DNA of 64,000 bases from Octopus sinensis (Eukaryota): assembly GCF_006345805.1 (NCBI RefSeq), contig NC_043004.1:38564001-38628000 (forward strand), written 5' to 3'. Shown piece after piece: positions 25,700 to 39,035 of the stretch. Numbering within the stretch: the first letter of the stretch is position 1; the number at the start of each line of letters is the position of its first letter. Both the position numbers and the translations under genes were made by a program. A model generated the notes under the pieces. It did not search any database, was not told the origin of the DNA, and saw only the letters and a list, made by a program, of their open reading frames with translations.

Positions 25700-26975
25700 A
25701 CGGTTGGCTAGGTGCATTTCTGGTGACCCACATAGGAATAATGGCACCATGATGTCTGGTGAAAATGTGACAGTCTTTTGTCTAATGGAGGACTGATGGG
25801 TTTTGGAATGACCTGTGACCTCGTGCGGCTGAGAAGAGGGTCAGTGAGCAGTGAAAGAGGAAGACAGATTAAGGGAATCTAAGAGCAGATGGAGAGGGTA
25901 TTGACAGTAAGAGAAAAGGGACAGATTAAGGGCTGAGAGCAAATAGAGATAGGGTATAAGCAGTAGGGGACGGATGGAGAGGCTAAGAGACAGCAGGCGA
26001 TATAGATAGAGTAAGGAATCAGATAGCAAATAGAAAGGCTAAGAGACAGCAGGCGATATAGATAAGGTATAAGGACCAGGGCAGTTAGAAAGGGTAAGAG
26101 CGATATAGACAGAGGGAGATGAGGGGAGTGGAAGAAGGACAGAGACGAAGTGAGGTCTGGTAGTTGGTAGTTGGTCGTTAAGAAGGGCAGTCGTTGAGCG
26201 GTCGTCGAGGAACACAGACGGATCTTGGAGTTCGTGGCTGGTCGTCGAAGAAGAGAGACGGACTCTGGAGGTCAGAGCGAGTGGATGGAATCTTGGAAGC
26301 GTTGGAATTCTTAGGAGCGAGCTGGGATGCGATAGCTTGGCGGCACTGATTGGGATATGTGCAGAGGGAATATGTACAGAAGGATTTAGCAGTATTCAGA
26401 GGAATTAGCAGGATTGAGAGGAATGGGACACTGGCAGATTCAATTAGGAATTAAGGTATGTGATTTGTGTATTGAACAGTGAAGAGAACAGTCAGAGACT
26501 CTGTCGATGTGTCGATTATCGAGTTGTGGTATTTGTATTCGGAATTGAGTAAAGGACTTGTTGATGTGACTTTATCTGTGATGTTCAGAAAGAGACTTTA
26601 AGAGAACTGTGTCTTCGGACGTGAACTTTGAATTGTTACATGAATTGCTGTTGTATTATGCATTGATCTGTTGTATGATGTATTGAGTAGTCACGTGCAT
26701 GTCTTCCTTTAAATGTCTGCCTTAAATGTATTTGATGTTGTAACCATTGATTGTCGTATAAACTGTTGTTTGAAGTGTAGCCAGTGTCTCTGTTGCCTTG
26801 CCTCTCTTTGGGTTGTATCTCGGGTTGTGCCTCTGTATCTCTGTGCTGCTGAGGTTGTGGTTGTTGTTGTATCTGTATCTCTCCTCTCTCCGCCTCTTTG
26901 GGTTCCGTGGCGGGACTTGTGTGAGCCGTTCGGGACGAGCGACGACGGCGGGCGATTCCAGTCCGTTCCGTAACA
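25696..26975. mobile_element. Solo LTR (Gypsy-like), 1280 bp
   Basis: TGTTACGG...CCGTAACA inverted termini; ATATA on both sides; internal purine-rich tandem repeats; no coding sequence. Confidence 0.8.
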
Positions 26976-27129
26976 ATATATATATATGATATACAGCGTG
27001 TTGGGGATAATTTTTTTCAGTTTGCATAATAGGAAAGAAAGCACAGAAACCAACCAAAAACTAAATATATTGTAAAAATAAAAAAAAATTAATTAGGTTA
27101 TCACAGGGAAATGTCAGTTTACTTAAAGT

Positions 27130-28088
27130 ACCTTGCCTTCAGCTTGCACTACTGCCTGAAGACGTCTCCAAAACCTGGCGCACTCGTTTATCTCTATCTT
27201 CTTGAGAACATTTTCGAGTGCCTCCAGAGCTGTTGGTGACTTTGTTAACCATCGGGTGACCAGATTTTGGCGCTGTGGACATTGTAGAAATTCTCAGGCT
27301 AGTTTTTCCTTCTGTTTCCGAAGGATGCTACCCCTCATGCACTCTTCCTGCTATAACACTCAGCAGCCAGTTTTTGGTCACGCTCTCCAGCAGCTTCACA
27401 CATAGTCGTTCTGAATTTAGCCTAAGGACATATTCAAACATAGCGGGTAGTATGTTTTGAAACACACACAAAGACTATCTGAATTTGTGGTGAACTTGGT
27501 TGTTATGATGTCTTACATCCTTTATAATGTTCACAGAGCATTAAACAGCAATCATGATGTCGCCCTCAGTTTGAAACCAGCCGTGAATCATCATGAAACA
27601 GATATCATGATACATTTCTTTTAGCTTTTCCTAGCTCATTAGTTGCACCAAGTCAATCTTCATTGTTTAGTGATGCTGGATTGTTTCGAGTTCCGCTTCT
27701 AGGTGTTTTGTGGTGACTACAGTTGGGAATAGTCATCTATTTAATTGAGGATGAATGTTTTCAATATGAGTAGGATGGCATCCTTTTTCTTAAGTCTGAA
27801 TAATTTCAGAGTCCAATCAACCGCTCACCTACAGAGTTCTGTCACTTCTGGAATATGCACATGGAATACTGCATTATTACTTAGGTGGATTCCTAGGTCA
27901 CGCACCTACTCTGACTCTGGAATTGCACTACCTCCTCGTATAGATATTCCGATTGTTGTCTCTTAGTGGGTCGATAGCAGAATGCTTCGAACTTCTCGGC
28001 AGTGAACTACACGTTAATTCCGTCAACTCACTTGTATATTTCATTCAGGTCTGTCTGATGTTTAGGATTTCATCAGGGACCAACGTTC

Positions 28089-28160
<72 letters not shown>

Positions 28161-28450
28161 GAGATAGTGCTGTTGACTGTATCTCTCTGACTTCTGTGTT
28201 TTAAAACACCATTCAACCAATTCTCCTTGTTTCCCAGCGATACCAAGTTTGCGTAGACTGAAGTATATGACTTTATGATCAGCTTTGCCAACGGTCTTGA
28301 CAAATCGTGTTACATCACATTCACATTAGATAAACTGATCTTTTCTTTCACTACTCCATAAAAGTGCGGTAGAATCTATGTGAAGTAGCTCTTCCTTTAA
28401 TGGAAGATACTTTGCGTGTTTGCTAGTCAGTTTCTTCTAGGAACGTGACC
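27130..28450 (-). mobile_element. Degenerate CR1-like LINE RT/3' remnant interrupted by (GA)n at 28091-28164
   Basis: LRKLGIAG, NWLNG.LKHRSQ and VRDLGIHL; homologous to 35600-36800. Confidence 0.7.
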
Positions 28451-28838
28451 AACCTTCTTATAAGGATGATTTAAATTTAAAAATATATATTGTTTTTAAA
28501 TGAACGATTTAAAATTGAGAAATTGCGAAAGAAATATTCTGTCACGGAATAAAATGTTGATCATACAGTTGTTTTTCTATATTTGAATGCCCTGAAATAT
28601 ACTTAAATAGTATGCTGACGGGTGACTCTAACTTCATTTGCTTTCAATAACTCACTGTTCTGTAAACAATCATTGAACTTAATGTAATGTAAGCCCATAT
28701 AGAAAAATAAATAATATTGATGAATTTCTACATGTATATTACCTAAACTTTACCTAATAAAGTTCCACAGTAGTTACATATATAATTCAGAGAATGCGTT
28801 CATCTTGGCAAACTATGGTTTTAGGTTATCTATATTAT

Positions 28839-29189
28839 GTTAGTTAGTTAGTTAGTTAATTTGGCTCAAAAGCAAATAGCAAGGCCATGTAGGGGGACAT
28901 GGAGTTAAGTACAGGGTGGTGTTCATGTAAAGAGTTCAGGCCACTTGAGGTCAAGGGAGGCTTTGAACAAAGCGGTCGTCGGCATCTTCACCATCTCGTC
29001 TGGCAGCTTGTTCCACGGATCCGCAACCCGGACGGAGAAAGCTCCTCTCCTTCGATTGAGATGAAATCGTCGCAGGTAGAGCTTTTCGGAATGACCCCGC
29101 AGCCGACGCTCTGGAGCAGGAGTGAAGAACAGCTCTTTCGAGAGGTTACACTTTCCGCTTATGATGCTGTGGGCGAGAATGAGATCACC
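28839..29189 (-). mobile_element. CR1 LINE 3' end with (TAAC)n tail, 5'-truncated
   Basis: GDLI.AH.I...LRGHSEKL...FSVRVADPWNKLP...FKASLD; tail ttagttagttag. Confidence 0.9.
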
Positions 29190-29624
29190 ACAAGTATAAA
29201 AATAAGAAACTCTTAATTATGAAAATGTGAAATTTGAAATCAATAATCTTGTTCATGATCGTCCACATGTTTTATTTCCCACCGATTAGAAGTTACTGTT
29301 AATAAATTATTGGGTTGTTAGATAAATTCGTTCGTTTTCTTGCACTATGTAATCCTTAATTTTCATCAATAATTTATTTACAAACTAGGCAACAATATAT
29401 ACTCATTCATAGTTCACGACTCCTTTCCAACATTGCATTAGCTTGCCATTGTCCTAACGCCTAACGGTGGTTAGCATATCTTTTTATTAAAATCACCTTC
29501 GCATCTATCAATATATTCTTCTTTTTGGATGTTATTATGTTGGAGCACTGAAGTTAATAGTATTTCATAAATCACTGATGTAATCACGAATGTCTGCTAG
29601 AGTAAGCAAGTTTCTGGGAACCTG

Positions 29625-30438
29625 TTGTTGTTGTTGTTGTTGTCGTTGTTGTTGTTCAGGTCAGTGCTTGGAACCGAACTCGGAATCTTGAGGTTACTAG
29701 CCCGCGGACAATTATGGAGTGAACTTTAAGGCTTATAAATCTAATATTTTTCAATCCTTCCTTAGTACCGGTTCCCATATGCTTTTCATATCTGCACTCG
29801 ATCTGCTTAGGAGGTTGTTGTGTCCTAGCATATGTGCTGCTTCCTTTAGTTTTCGTATTTTCCAGTGGTGTTCTCTGTCTGTTATTTTAACTTCATCCCA
29901 CAGGGGGAGTTAGTCTCCATTTTTCCATATATGATCAACTATACCCGATTTATCAATATATCCTCCTGTCACAGCTTCGCGATATTCGTCTACCTTTATT
30001 GTGAGGGGGCGGCAAATTTCGCCTTTTTATAACCTGCTACAGCTGCATGGGATGGAGTACACGCAATCTTTGGTCATATTCTCTTCTACTGGTGGTTGTA
30101 CTCGAAAGAGATATTTGCGAAGTGTTGTATTACTCTTGAATACTGCCCTGATGTCATATGGGCCGCATATCTTTTGTATCTTTTCAGAGATGCCTTTCAC
30201 ATAGAGTAGACAGACTGTGGAGAATTTGGCTTTATGATCAACACCACTAAAACCAACACTATGGCTACGATATGTGGATGACACCTTTATTCTCTGGCCC
30301 CACCAGGAAGATACCTAAGTGCTGTTAGATCATTCTCTAAATTCTAAAATTCCCTCTATAATCGCCCACGGGCATATGGCGTAGTGGTTAAGAGCGCGGG
30401 CTACTAGCCCCAAGATTCTGAAAAACAACAACAACAAC

Positions 30439-30470
<32 letters not shown>

Positions 30471-30676
30471 CAATAATAATAAAAATGATAGCAACATCGA
30501 AAAATACCTTAGGAATGAGTACCCAGGTTCGAAATTTCCCTAAGACACCTGAAGAAGGCTGGAGGGTATATCAGCCTAAACGTTGTGTTAACAACAAACA
30601 AGACGAGGACAAATATCCGTCGAATGTAAATATTGTATAATAATGTACATAATTCGTCATCTCTTAACTATAGAAC
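29625..30676. mobile_element. Penelope-like element, head-to-head inverted insertion
   Basis: Minus arm: GIY-YIG region (LYVKGISEKI...CVYSIPCSC...KEAAHM) at 30218-29760. Plus arm: WLRYVDDTF RT fragment at 30220-30335. Both arms end in the same tRNA-like + (CAA)n terminal segment. Confidence 0.85.
30544..30589 (+). ncRNA. Minimal type I hammerhead, probably inactivated (core GAAA reads TAAA)
   Basis: gacac-CTGAAGA-aggctg-loop-cagcc-tAAAC-GTT-gtgtt; palindromic ACGT stem III typical of Penelope minimal hammerheads. Confidence 0.65.
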
Positions 30677-31080
30677 AAACCGTTATTCTTTAACGCAGGC
30701 AAATGAATTTACAACGAAAAATTCAACAGCTGGATCATTTTGTTGAATTGGAAACTGAAACATACTCCAGTAAATCGCAGCGGCAATTTAGTCGCGTTTT
30801 AAAATTTCATATTGTAAACGCATATGTATTTAATACAATTAACAAGACTTACACGATCTCCATACTTCTACCGCAAAAGTGTAAAGCAATCACCAAATTT
30901 GAAGACGTACATTTGAAAATGAAGGTCTATTTGACTACAAAAATTGCATGTAATCTAAAAAGAAATGTATTTTTATTGGACAATTATGTTGCATCCAATT
31001 TATGTTATACTTTTTTTTCTTGGAAACATATTTAGGTGTAAGAGTATATTGCTCATTATTTTCGTAAATTAACTTACCAT

Positions 31081-31125
<45 letters not shown>

Positions 31126-31160
31126 ATAATAATAATAATAATAATAACAACAATAACAGC

Positions 31161-31231
<71 letters not shown>

Positions 31232-31310
31232 TATTAATAACAACAGCAACAACAACAACAATAGTAATAATGATAATAGTAACAATAACAACAACAATGT
31301 CAGCAACAGT
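31081..31310. repeat. Compound (CTA)n/(ATA)n/(ACA)n microsatellite just downstream of the M13 stop codon
   Basis: Read directly; a possible minus-strand AATAAA at 30977-30972 would place it in the 3' UTR. Confidence 0.9.
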
Positions 31311-31437
31311 AAAAACATTATAAGCGATAATTATTTTCTTCTTGAGTTAAGGAAAGTGAAATTAAAACCGTTCTCAAAATGTACGAGGTTAGTTTAAATA
31401 TTTAGTCATTAAATTGTTATTTTTTTTTTTCGTTATT

Positions 31438-31537
31438 TCACCATATTTCAATTTTCTTCGATGGATTCATCCAAGCATCTTTAGGACAGCCGTATTCAAC
31501 CGAAAACTCTTTAAAATTCTGTAACGTTACAGTGGTT
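31438..31537 (-). CDS. M13 peptidase terminal exon (R-TTVTLQNFKEFSVEYGCPKDAWMNPSKKIEIW*)
   Basis: attgcag acceptor; 100 nt ending in TGA at 31440-31438; matches 'GTLQN..EFS.AF.C....MNP.KKC.VW'. Confidence 0.93.
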
Positions 31538-32157
31538 CTGCAATATAGGAAGATATGAATAAAGCATAAATATTGTAATATTTATGTATACACATGCATG
31601 CACATACACACTAAATAAAACTTCTACACTTTATCACGGTGATCATATACCTTGAGAGAATTAAAACACTTCGGATTATTAGAAAAATACACCTGCTTTA
31701 TGAGAATGTTACGCATGGAGATAATGTTAATACATTCAATGTAGAGACTCACAAATTCTTGAAATAGAAATGTTTATCACATCAGAAGGAGATAAGTCTT
31801 ACGTATTTTCATGTAACTATCTTTATTTTATAATCAGTGCATAAAATTGCTCAAACTCAGGACAACATATTCATTGTTTGTTGTAAAACTAGCTCCCGAG
31901 TGTTGTATTACGATCCCGATAATACCATAAAAATAAGCAAATCCTTCAAAGTTTAAGTTTTCAAATAAATGATATGCTATAAAAGGGGTCACACATGTTC
32001 CATTTGGAAAGATATGCCAGGTGAAGAAATCGATGTTAGTTAGATTTAATTTGAACGTCTAGAAGTAGGTGACTGTATAAAGACACTAGCAGCAAAGAGT
32101 GAATATTAGCAGAAGGCTTAGCACATATGATCAATGCTAGCCACGTGATACATAAGT

Positions 32158-32388
32158 GCGAGGGGTGCTGAAAAGTTCCTGGATTGGCGTAAAGGAGGAC
32201 CAGTTAATTATGATTTTATTCGACGTATTCCACCTTCAGATTCATGCGTTTATTGTAGGTGCCAAGTTTACCTAAGCCTTAGTGCAGCTCTTTATCTAAG
32301 CCGTGTAAAAGAACTTGGAAATTTGAGCCTCCAACCAGAGTTTTCGCGACAATCTTAAAGCCAAAATCTTTTCAACGCCACCCCGTAT
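32158..32388. mobile_element. Mariner-derived MITE
   Basis: Imperfect TIRs cgaggggtgctgaaaag...cttttcaacgccaccccg|ta. Confidence 0.7.
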
Positions 32389-32639
32389 ATCTACTACATC
32401 GCCGCACATGTTGTAATTGGAATATCAGACAATTATTCGAAACAGCAACATAATAGAGAAACTGACAATAACTTATGTGCATTTCTTGTTTTTTTTTAAT
32501 GGTGATTGAAGGGAAGTTTAAACCGTAACTTTATGACTATTTAAATATTACTAAGTCAACATTACAATGCATTTAATACTTTTAGCTTTGCTACTAAATA
32601 CTAGATATCTATGACTACCAACATCAATATATCAGATAT

Positions 32640-34610
32640 ATTCTGTGTGGATTCTGTCTGCTTTCCATTCAACTTTGTATGTTGGTAGCGATAGGCTTGG
32701 AATTTTCCAGCATTAGACTGCGTGATATTGTCCACGCCTCACCCATTATATTGCGTCTAACTCCTGCTGCAGGTGTGCAACCTCTCCAGAATTCTATATT
32801 CTCTGAGTGATTTTTGAATTATCTGCACACCTAGCAAGGGAGGCTGAGTAGCTGAGAGTATGACTGATGAGGGCCACTATCAATAGCAGTGGCACCAAGA
32901 CAGTGCTTTGTGGGACACCGAGCATTATTTGCATTTCCTTGGAAGTAGCTTCGTTGGCAGCCTCCATCTGACTTCATCCTTTTCAGAAAATCGTGTAGTT
33001 TTCCGAGATTACGCAGTCATGTAGTTTTCCGATACCATAATTGACTTAACGTCTGTTGCAAAGTCGAGTTGTTGAGGAGCTGCATTCGCTCCCAGTCGCA
33101 GTGCTGCAAGAGCTGTATAAGGCAGCTTCTGCCTGGTCGAAAACGATGCTGGGTGTCTGTCAGTAAGTTATTCGTTTCAAAGAATAACTTCTGACTGCTC
33201 GTTTGTGACTTTGCTGATGTGTTTGGCCTATAATATTTAGAATCTGCTCCTCTCTCTTCTTTATGAACAGGGCGTAATATTCGCTCCCCCAGTTTGTTGA
33301 AAGCTTGCAGGGAAGCTGTGAAGAAGAAGCTGCAGTGGTTTTGCAAGACGAGGTTTGCATGATCTCAGAAGGATTACTGGCTAACCATCGGGGCCAGGGG
33401 CTGTGTTTCGGTCTGTCTCATCTATAGCTAGTATTACACCCTCTTTTTGATGCCGAGGTAATCAACTCTTACTCTCCCCCCTTGTTACATCTGTAGTGGC
33501 AAACAACTTTACAGTCTTTCTGACTGGCATGTACCGTAAGGGTAGTGTGAAAAAACTTTTGAATTGCCGTTCAGTGTTTCATTTGTACTTATTGGGTTTC
33601 CTGAGAGGGAACCGTCATTTTAGGAGAATGGGTCCTACCTTGCAACGCACGGAGGGAGTTCCTTTGGCATACTTAAAGAAGGTTTTAGGGCTTCGATTTT
33701 ATATTTTTATTACCCAGGCTTCTTTGTCTGCCATTTCTTCTTCATGGGAACATTTCAGATGCTTCTCATTTTCCAGCAGTGTTTTCCCAGGCACTGACAT
33801 TGAGTTCTCTGTTGAACTGTTCTGCAATCTTTGTACGTCATCTCATAAGAGCTCATAAGCGCTTTTCCTCCACTAGGAATCTTTTTTTTCATGTGTTGTG
33901 GCCTTATTGTCTGAGACACATTTATAGCATATGGCTTGCAGTAGGAAAAGAGAGCCCAAACCTATCTAATGATCTCTACCTCAATTTATTTCCACTCTGT
34001 TTCGTGGAAGTTCAGATTGGATAGATTTTGGGTGCTTTTCATAGGCTGCTTGCCTGCAGGTTTCTTTGGGTCATGCACTGTCAGTTCTATTCTATTCTGA
34101 TTCTAGAGTAGCGTCGGTGTCACTTTCACATTATGGACGAGGTCCATACTGTTTCTGAAGCAGAGATCAACTATAGCGTTTGCTGTGATTGGATGGAGTA
34201 TAACTTGATCTGGGTATAGCTTACTCGGATTAAGCAGGGATTCCACCTGTCTTTGTTCACATCGCATCATTCCCTTAGGCCTTCTATGTTGGACAAGTTG
34301 AAGTCTCCTATGAAAAGTATGCTAATGTACTGTTCTAATTTGGTCAATACTTCTATTTTCTTGCAAGGCAGTCATCAAATAGGTCCGGGTGATTTGGAAA
34401 ATCTAGAGGTCGATAAGTAGTACATATAACTATATCAAGTTGTCCTATACTTATAGTTAATGTGTCACAGGCCGAGCTGCTGGATATTGCAACTACACCA
34501 TGACTCCTCTCTTTTCTTTCACTTTGCAATATAACATATTCTGGAACGTGCATTTCTGCATATGCGATGTCGGGTTTTTAGGTGCTTTTCAGTGAATGCT
34601 ACGCATAAGA
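32640..34610 (-). mobile_element. Old CR1-like LINE remnant (APE plus RT)
   Basis: ICTTYRP, IGDFNL and QHRFRPGRSCL.QLL. Confidence 0.7.
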
Positions 34611-34619
34611 CGGGAATTT

Positions 34620-35275
34620 TGTTTACATTCGGTGGAGTAGGTGTCCCTGGATTTCCATAAGATTTGGAGGGCTCCACTGAAACTCCAACAGAAATTCCTC
34701 TTGTTACAGCAGTACTATTTGCCGAAACTATTTTATAGTCACACGCAGGTGCTGCTGTCAAGAGGAATTCTCGAAAGACTTGACACGGTCATCCGTGTGG
34801 GAGCTAGGCGGATTCTTCATCTCCCGAATACCACTTCTTCCTTTCTATATAGCAGACAGCGTCATGGCGGATTAAGTCTTCATCAGATGGTAAGGTTGAT
34901 CCCTAAATGTGTCATCAGGCGTAATATTTGCCGTGTGACGTCGGGATACGCCTCCGGGAAAAAGATTGCTGATTCTGCAGGATTAGCAATTAATAGCTTC
35001 CTTCGACTTGCCGTTGCTCCCAGCTGACGCTACCGAATACGACCCTGACATCCGGCTGGTGGACTCCCATAGATGGGCGGCCCAGCTGGTGCACGGGGCG
35101 TGTGCGGAGGCGTTTCGTGGGGATGCAATTGGCAATAGTTGGATAAGTAGATCGGGTGGGATTACGGAGAAGTGCTTCTTGAGTTTACTCAAGATGCGCT
35201 CCAACGAATTTCCCAACCGGAAGAACTTGATACGTGGTGGCCGAGGAGACTCCACGTGTACAAGGTGTTGAGTAG
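34620..35275 (+). mobile_element. R2-like (RLE clade) non-LTR fragment, thumb/linker region
   Basis: APLKLQQK..LL..Y.LPKL, RRILHLP...FLYS...HGGL and LKMRSN.FPNR.NL.RG...CTRC. Confidence 0.7.
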
Positions 35276-35408
35276 GGGTGGAGTTTGTGATGCTCTTAAA
35301 GGTTTGTAATCTTGGAGCGAAATAGTGTACATATATACATGTGTGTGAATGTTTGCATATATATATATAATATACACACACATACACACACACATATATA
35401 TACATATA

Positions 35409-35450
<42 letters not shown>

Positions 35451-35473
35451 TTTGTTTGTATGCATGTATGCAT

Positions 35474-35543
<70 letters not shown>

Positions 35544-35547
35544 TATA

Positions 35548-37080
35548 TAACTTAGAATAACTTAGAAAGGTTTTTGGCCAGTATTGGCCCAGGCCATGTC
35601 TAACTTAATAGCACCACCTGGCGAAGTCTTTCAGTTCAGGATTTGGGCACCAAGGCCCATTCGAGCAGAGAGTTATTGTTTGCGGAGACATATCCGGGTG
35701 TGGGTGGTTTGTCCGGTACTGTTTGAAGGAATTTGTCCAAAGACTTCTTGAATTTTGTGTGGTCAGTTTCTTTTTTGACGTGTCCTGGTGTAATGTTGAA
35801 GAGAGCGGGTCCAATTGAGGTGAAATAGTTGTGCCGTATTGTCGTTATGTGATGCGATTTAGATTTTTGTTGTGGACGGATGGCACGTGGTCCAAGCCTT
35901 GGATGCATTTTGAAGGTGATGCCAACATCATTCGGACAGTGCTGATGGAATATTTTCCACATCATACAGATAATGTAGCGTTCACGGCGGCGTCGTTGGA
36001 GTGAATACAATTTCAGCTTCTCTAGTCTACCCCAGTAGTCAAGGTCTGACATGCCATCTATCTTTTTTGATTGACCTTTGGGGAGCTTCAATTCTCATAA
36101 TATTTTGTTTTGTGTAGGGAGACCACAGTGGACAGCAGTATTCAAGGTGGGGTCGGGCAAAAGTGGAGAAGAGAAGGATAATAGCGTGGGAATCTCTCGA
36201 CTGGAAGGTTCTGAGAATCCAGGAACACATTCTGCGGGCCATGTCAACTTTGCTGCTTATATGTGTAGCCCAGCTTATGTTGTTGTCCACTGTTACTCCC
36301 AGGTCTCTGATGTTGTTGGATGCCATGAGAATTTCTCCAGAAGGAAGAGAGTATGGGAGTTTCAGAGCGTCCTCCCTTCCAAAGTGGATCAGTTCGAATT
36401 TGTCTTCATTTAGCAACATGTTATTCTTTTCCGCCCATTGGACAACAGCCAGTAGGTCTGACTGAAGGTTTATTCGGTCATCCACGCCATTGATGACCTT
36501 CTGGAGCTTGGAATCATCAGCGAAGGTTCTGATGTTGCTGTGTTTGATGGTGTCAGTAATATCATTTATGTAGATGATGAAGAGAAGTGGGCCCAACACA
36601 GTGCCTTGTGGGACACCACTGCTGACTTTGGCTGGGCTGGATTTGACTCCTTCGACTACAACATGTTGGGTTCTGTTAGAGAGGAAGCACTTGATCCATT
36701 GCAGCAGCTTTCCAGTGACACCAATATTGGACAGCTTTCTCAGAAGGATCTTATGATCAACCCTGTCAAAGGCCTTGCTGAAATCAAGGTAGATGACAAC
36801 AGTGTTGGAACCCTCTCCCAAGGCTCTCAAAATGTCATCAAAATGATGCAGTAGCTGCGTCAGGAAATCTCTCCCATTACGGAATCCATGCTGGTTGGGG
36901 TTCAGCATATTATGACTCTCAAGGAAGTGAGTCATACGCGATCTCAGCACCCTCTCAAATACCTTGATGATATGAGAGGTGAGTGAGATTGGACGGTAAT
37001 TCACGGCAAGCGATTTGTTTCCTTTTTTGAAAACTGGGACAACAGGACTGGGATAGAAGGTCTTCTGGTATATATCCAGC
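35548..37080 (-). mobile_element. Young CR1-clade LINE, 5'-truncated, with near-intact RT
   Basis: NYRPISLTS, QHGFRNGR, YLDFSKAFDRV, SGVPQGTVLGP, FADD and LEYCCPLWSP; one frameshift near 36070; (TTCTAAGTTA)2 tail. Confidence 0.95.
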
Positions 37081-37126
<46 letters not shown>

Positions 37127-37129
37127 GTG

Positions 37130-37175
<46 letters not shown>

Positions 37176-37191
37176 GTGTGTGTGTGTGTGT

Positions 37192-37572
37192 GGAGGCGCA
37201 ATGGCCCAGTGGTTAGGGCAGCGGAGTCGCGGTCGTAGGATCGCGGTTTCGATTCCCAGACCGGGCGTTGTGAGTGTTTATTGAGCGAAAACATCTAAAG
37301 CTCCACGAGGCTCCGGCAGGGATGGTGGTAATCCCTGCTGTACTCTTTCACCACAACTTTCTCTCACTCTTACTTCCTGTTTCTGTTGTACCTGTATTTC
37401 AAAGGGCCGGCCTTGTCACTCTCTGTGTCACGCTGAATATCCCCGAGAACTACGTTAAGGGTACACGTGTCTGTGGAGTGCTCAGCCACTTACACGTTAA
37501 TTTCACGAGCAGGCTGTTCCGTTGATCGGATCAACCGGAACCCTCATCGTCGTAACCGACGGAGTGCTTCCA
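37192..37572 (+). mobile_element. tRNA-derived SINE, family C, full length
   Basis: A box TGGCCCAGTGG and B box GTTTCGATTCC; ~380-bp body; flanked by (GT)n and (TA)n. Confidence 0.85.
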
Positions 37573-38385
37573 TTTTATCCATTCCATATATATATATATA
37601 CGGTGAGAGATAGTGAGAGAATGAGAAAATGGGAGAGAAAGACGAGATAGGTAGATAGATTGATAGATTGATAAATTCATGGATAGATGAATAAATAGAG
37701 AGAATGATAGATAAACAGACAGATAGGTAAATAATCAATTTTCCATATCTTTTACTGATTGAAAATATATATTCCTGATTACATACACACTAGTGTTTTC
37801 TTCGTAGGTTTTCTTGTACTACGGTTTCCTATCTGCTGGTGTTGACCTGTTATAAAAAAAAACTTCCTACATCCTCCTTCCCATTAAACTTTGCCCGCAA
37901 CAATCCGGAAGATATTGATTTTCAACATTTAAAGGAGAATGTACAAATTATACCAGCAAAGTTAGAGGATGCTATCTCCATTGAAATGATGAATGGAAAT
38001 GTCATCAGTGACTCGTAATTACCACTTGAGATAAAAAGGATGTCATGCAACATTTTCTTGAAGTGTTAATCACCACAATGTGTTTAAGCCACCTTTCCTA
38101 AATTAGAGGAAATCGGGAAGGACATCTCTGTTCACATTATTACAGCATGACTAACATAAATCGTGGCTGAAAATGTGGCAAAATCAGCTTGAAGCAGCAA
38201 AAGTAAACGGGGCTTATATTTAGTTACACAAACTTTGGTCATAGTTTGATAGTCAGATCTGAAGTTACCGATATAGGAGGAAAGGGTGGTTCCAGTTTTC
38301 TGATGGAAATAGGTAACTCTCTTGCCAAATCATATTATTAACAGAAGGAATTACAATATGAAAACTTCGTGGATTTGTAGCTTAC

Positions 38386-38462
38386 CTTGCTTTTGCCGGT
38401 GAATGAACATCTGTTTTCAGTTGAGATTTTAACAGATCCATAGTTCTAGACTCACACCAAAC
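38386..38462 (-). CDS. M13 peptidase exon (VWCESRTMDLLKSQLKTDVHSPAKA-R)
   Basis: cttattag/gtaagc boundaries; 77 nt, phase 0-2; VWC...TDVHSP...R motif with the catalytic His and substrate-binding Arg. Confidence 0.95.
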
Positions 38463-39035
38463 CTAATAAGTCGATTGAAAAAACATAAATAAATATATTC
38501 ATCTAATATTTTCCGTAGTCATGAGGTCAAAGGTTCAATAGAAATGAAGTACTTAATTGCTTGCATATATCCTGAAGTAGTCACATGTGTAACTACAATC
38601 GGCAACAAGTGAAGGTAGAAACCTAACAACTGCGTTAGTTAAAGAGACAGGGTTAGAGACAGTAACAATCGGATGAGAACAAATAAATACACGCATTCCA
38701 AATTATTTTAAAGTAATTAATATTTATTAGTCCAAAAGTAAATAGAAGTAACTGCATTGGCAAACACTTGTTGCAGTGACTAATTTGGCAATTTAATAAG
38801 CGTTGTTATCTTATACAAATCTTCGTATCAAAATTAATTTCCTATTCAGAGAAAGTTTAGATCAATCTACACGAAGCGATAACAACTACACAAATCGTTT
38901 TTCTACTACAATCATTTTTGTAGTTAGGTGAGGACAGGTTGTTCGCCAAATATGAACTGCATATTCACATTTTAAACTACGAGAATGAGTTAAGAACGAA
39001 TAAATACATCGATGATTTGATTTTCGCTGTTTTGC

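Noticed and set aside
30370-30420. tRNA gene (also at 37192 and other SINE heads)
   Set aside because: No complete cloverleaf or acceptor stem; these are repeat-embedded tRNA-derived heads.
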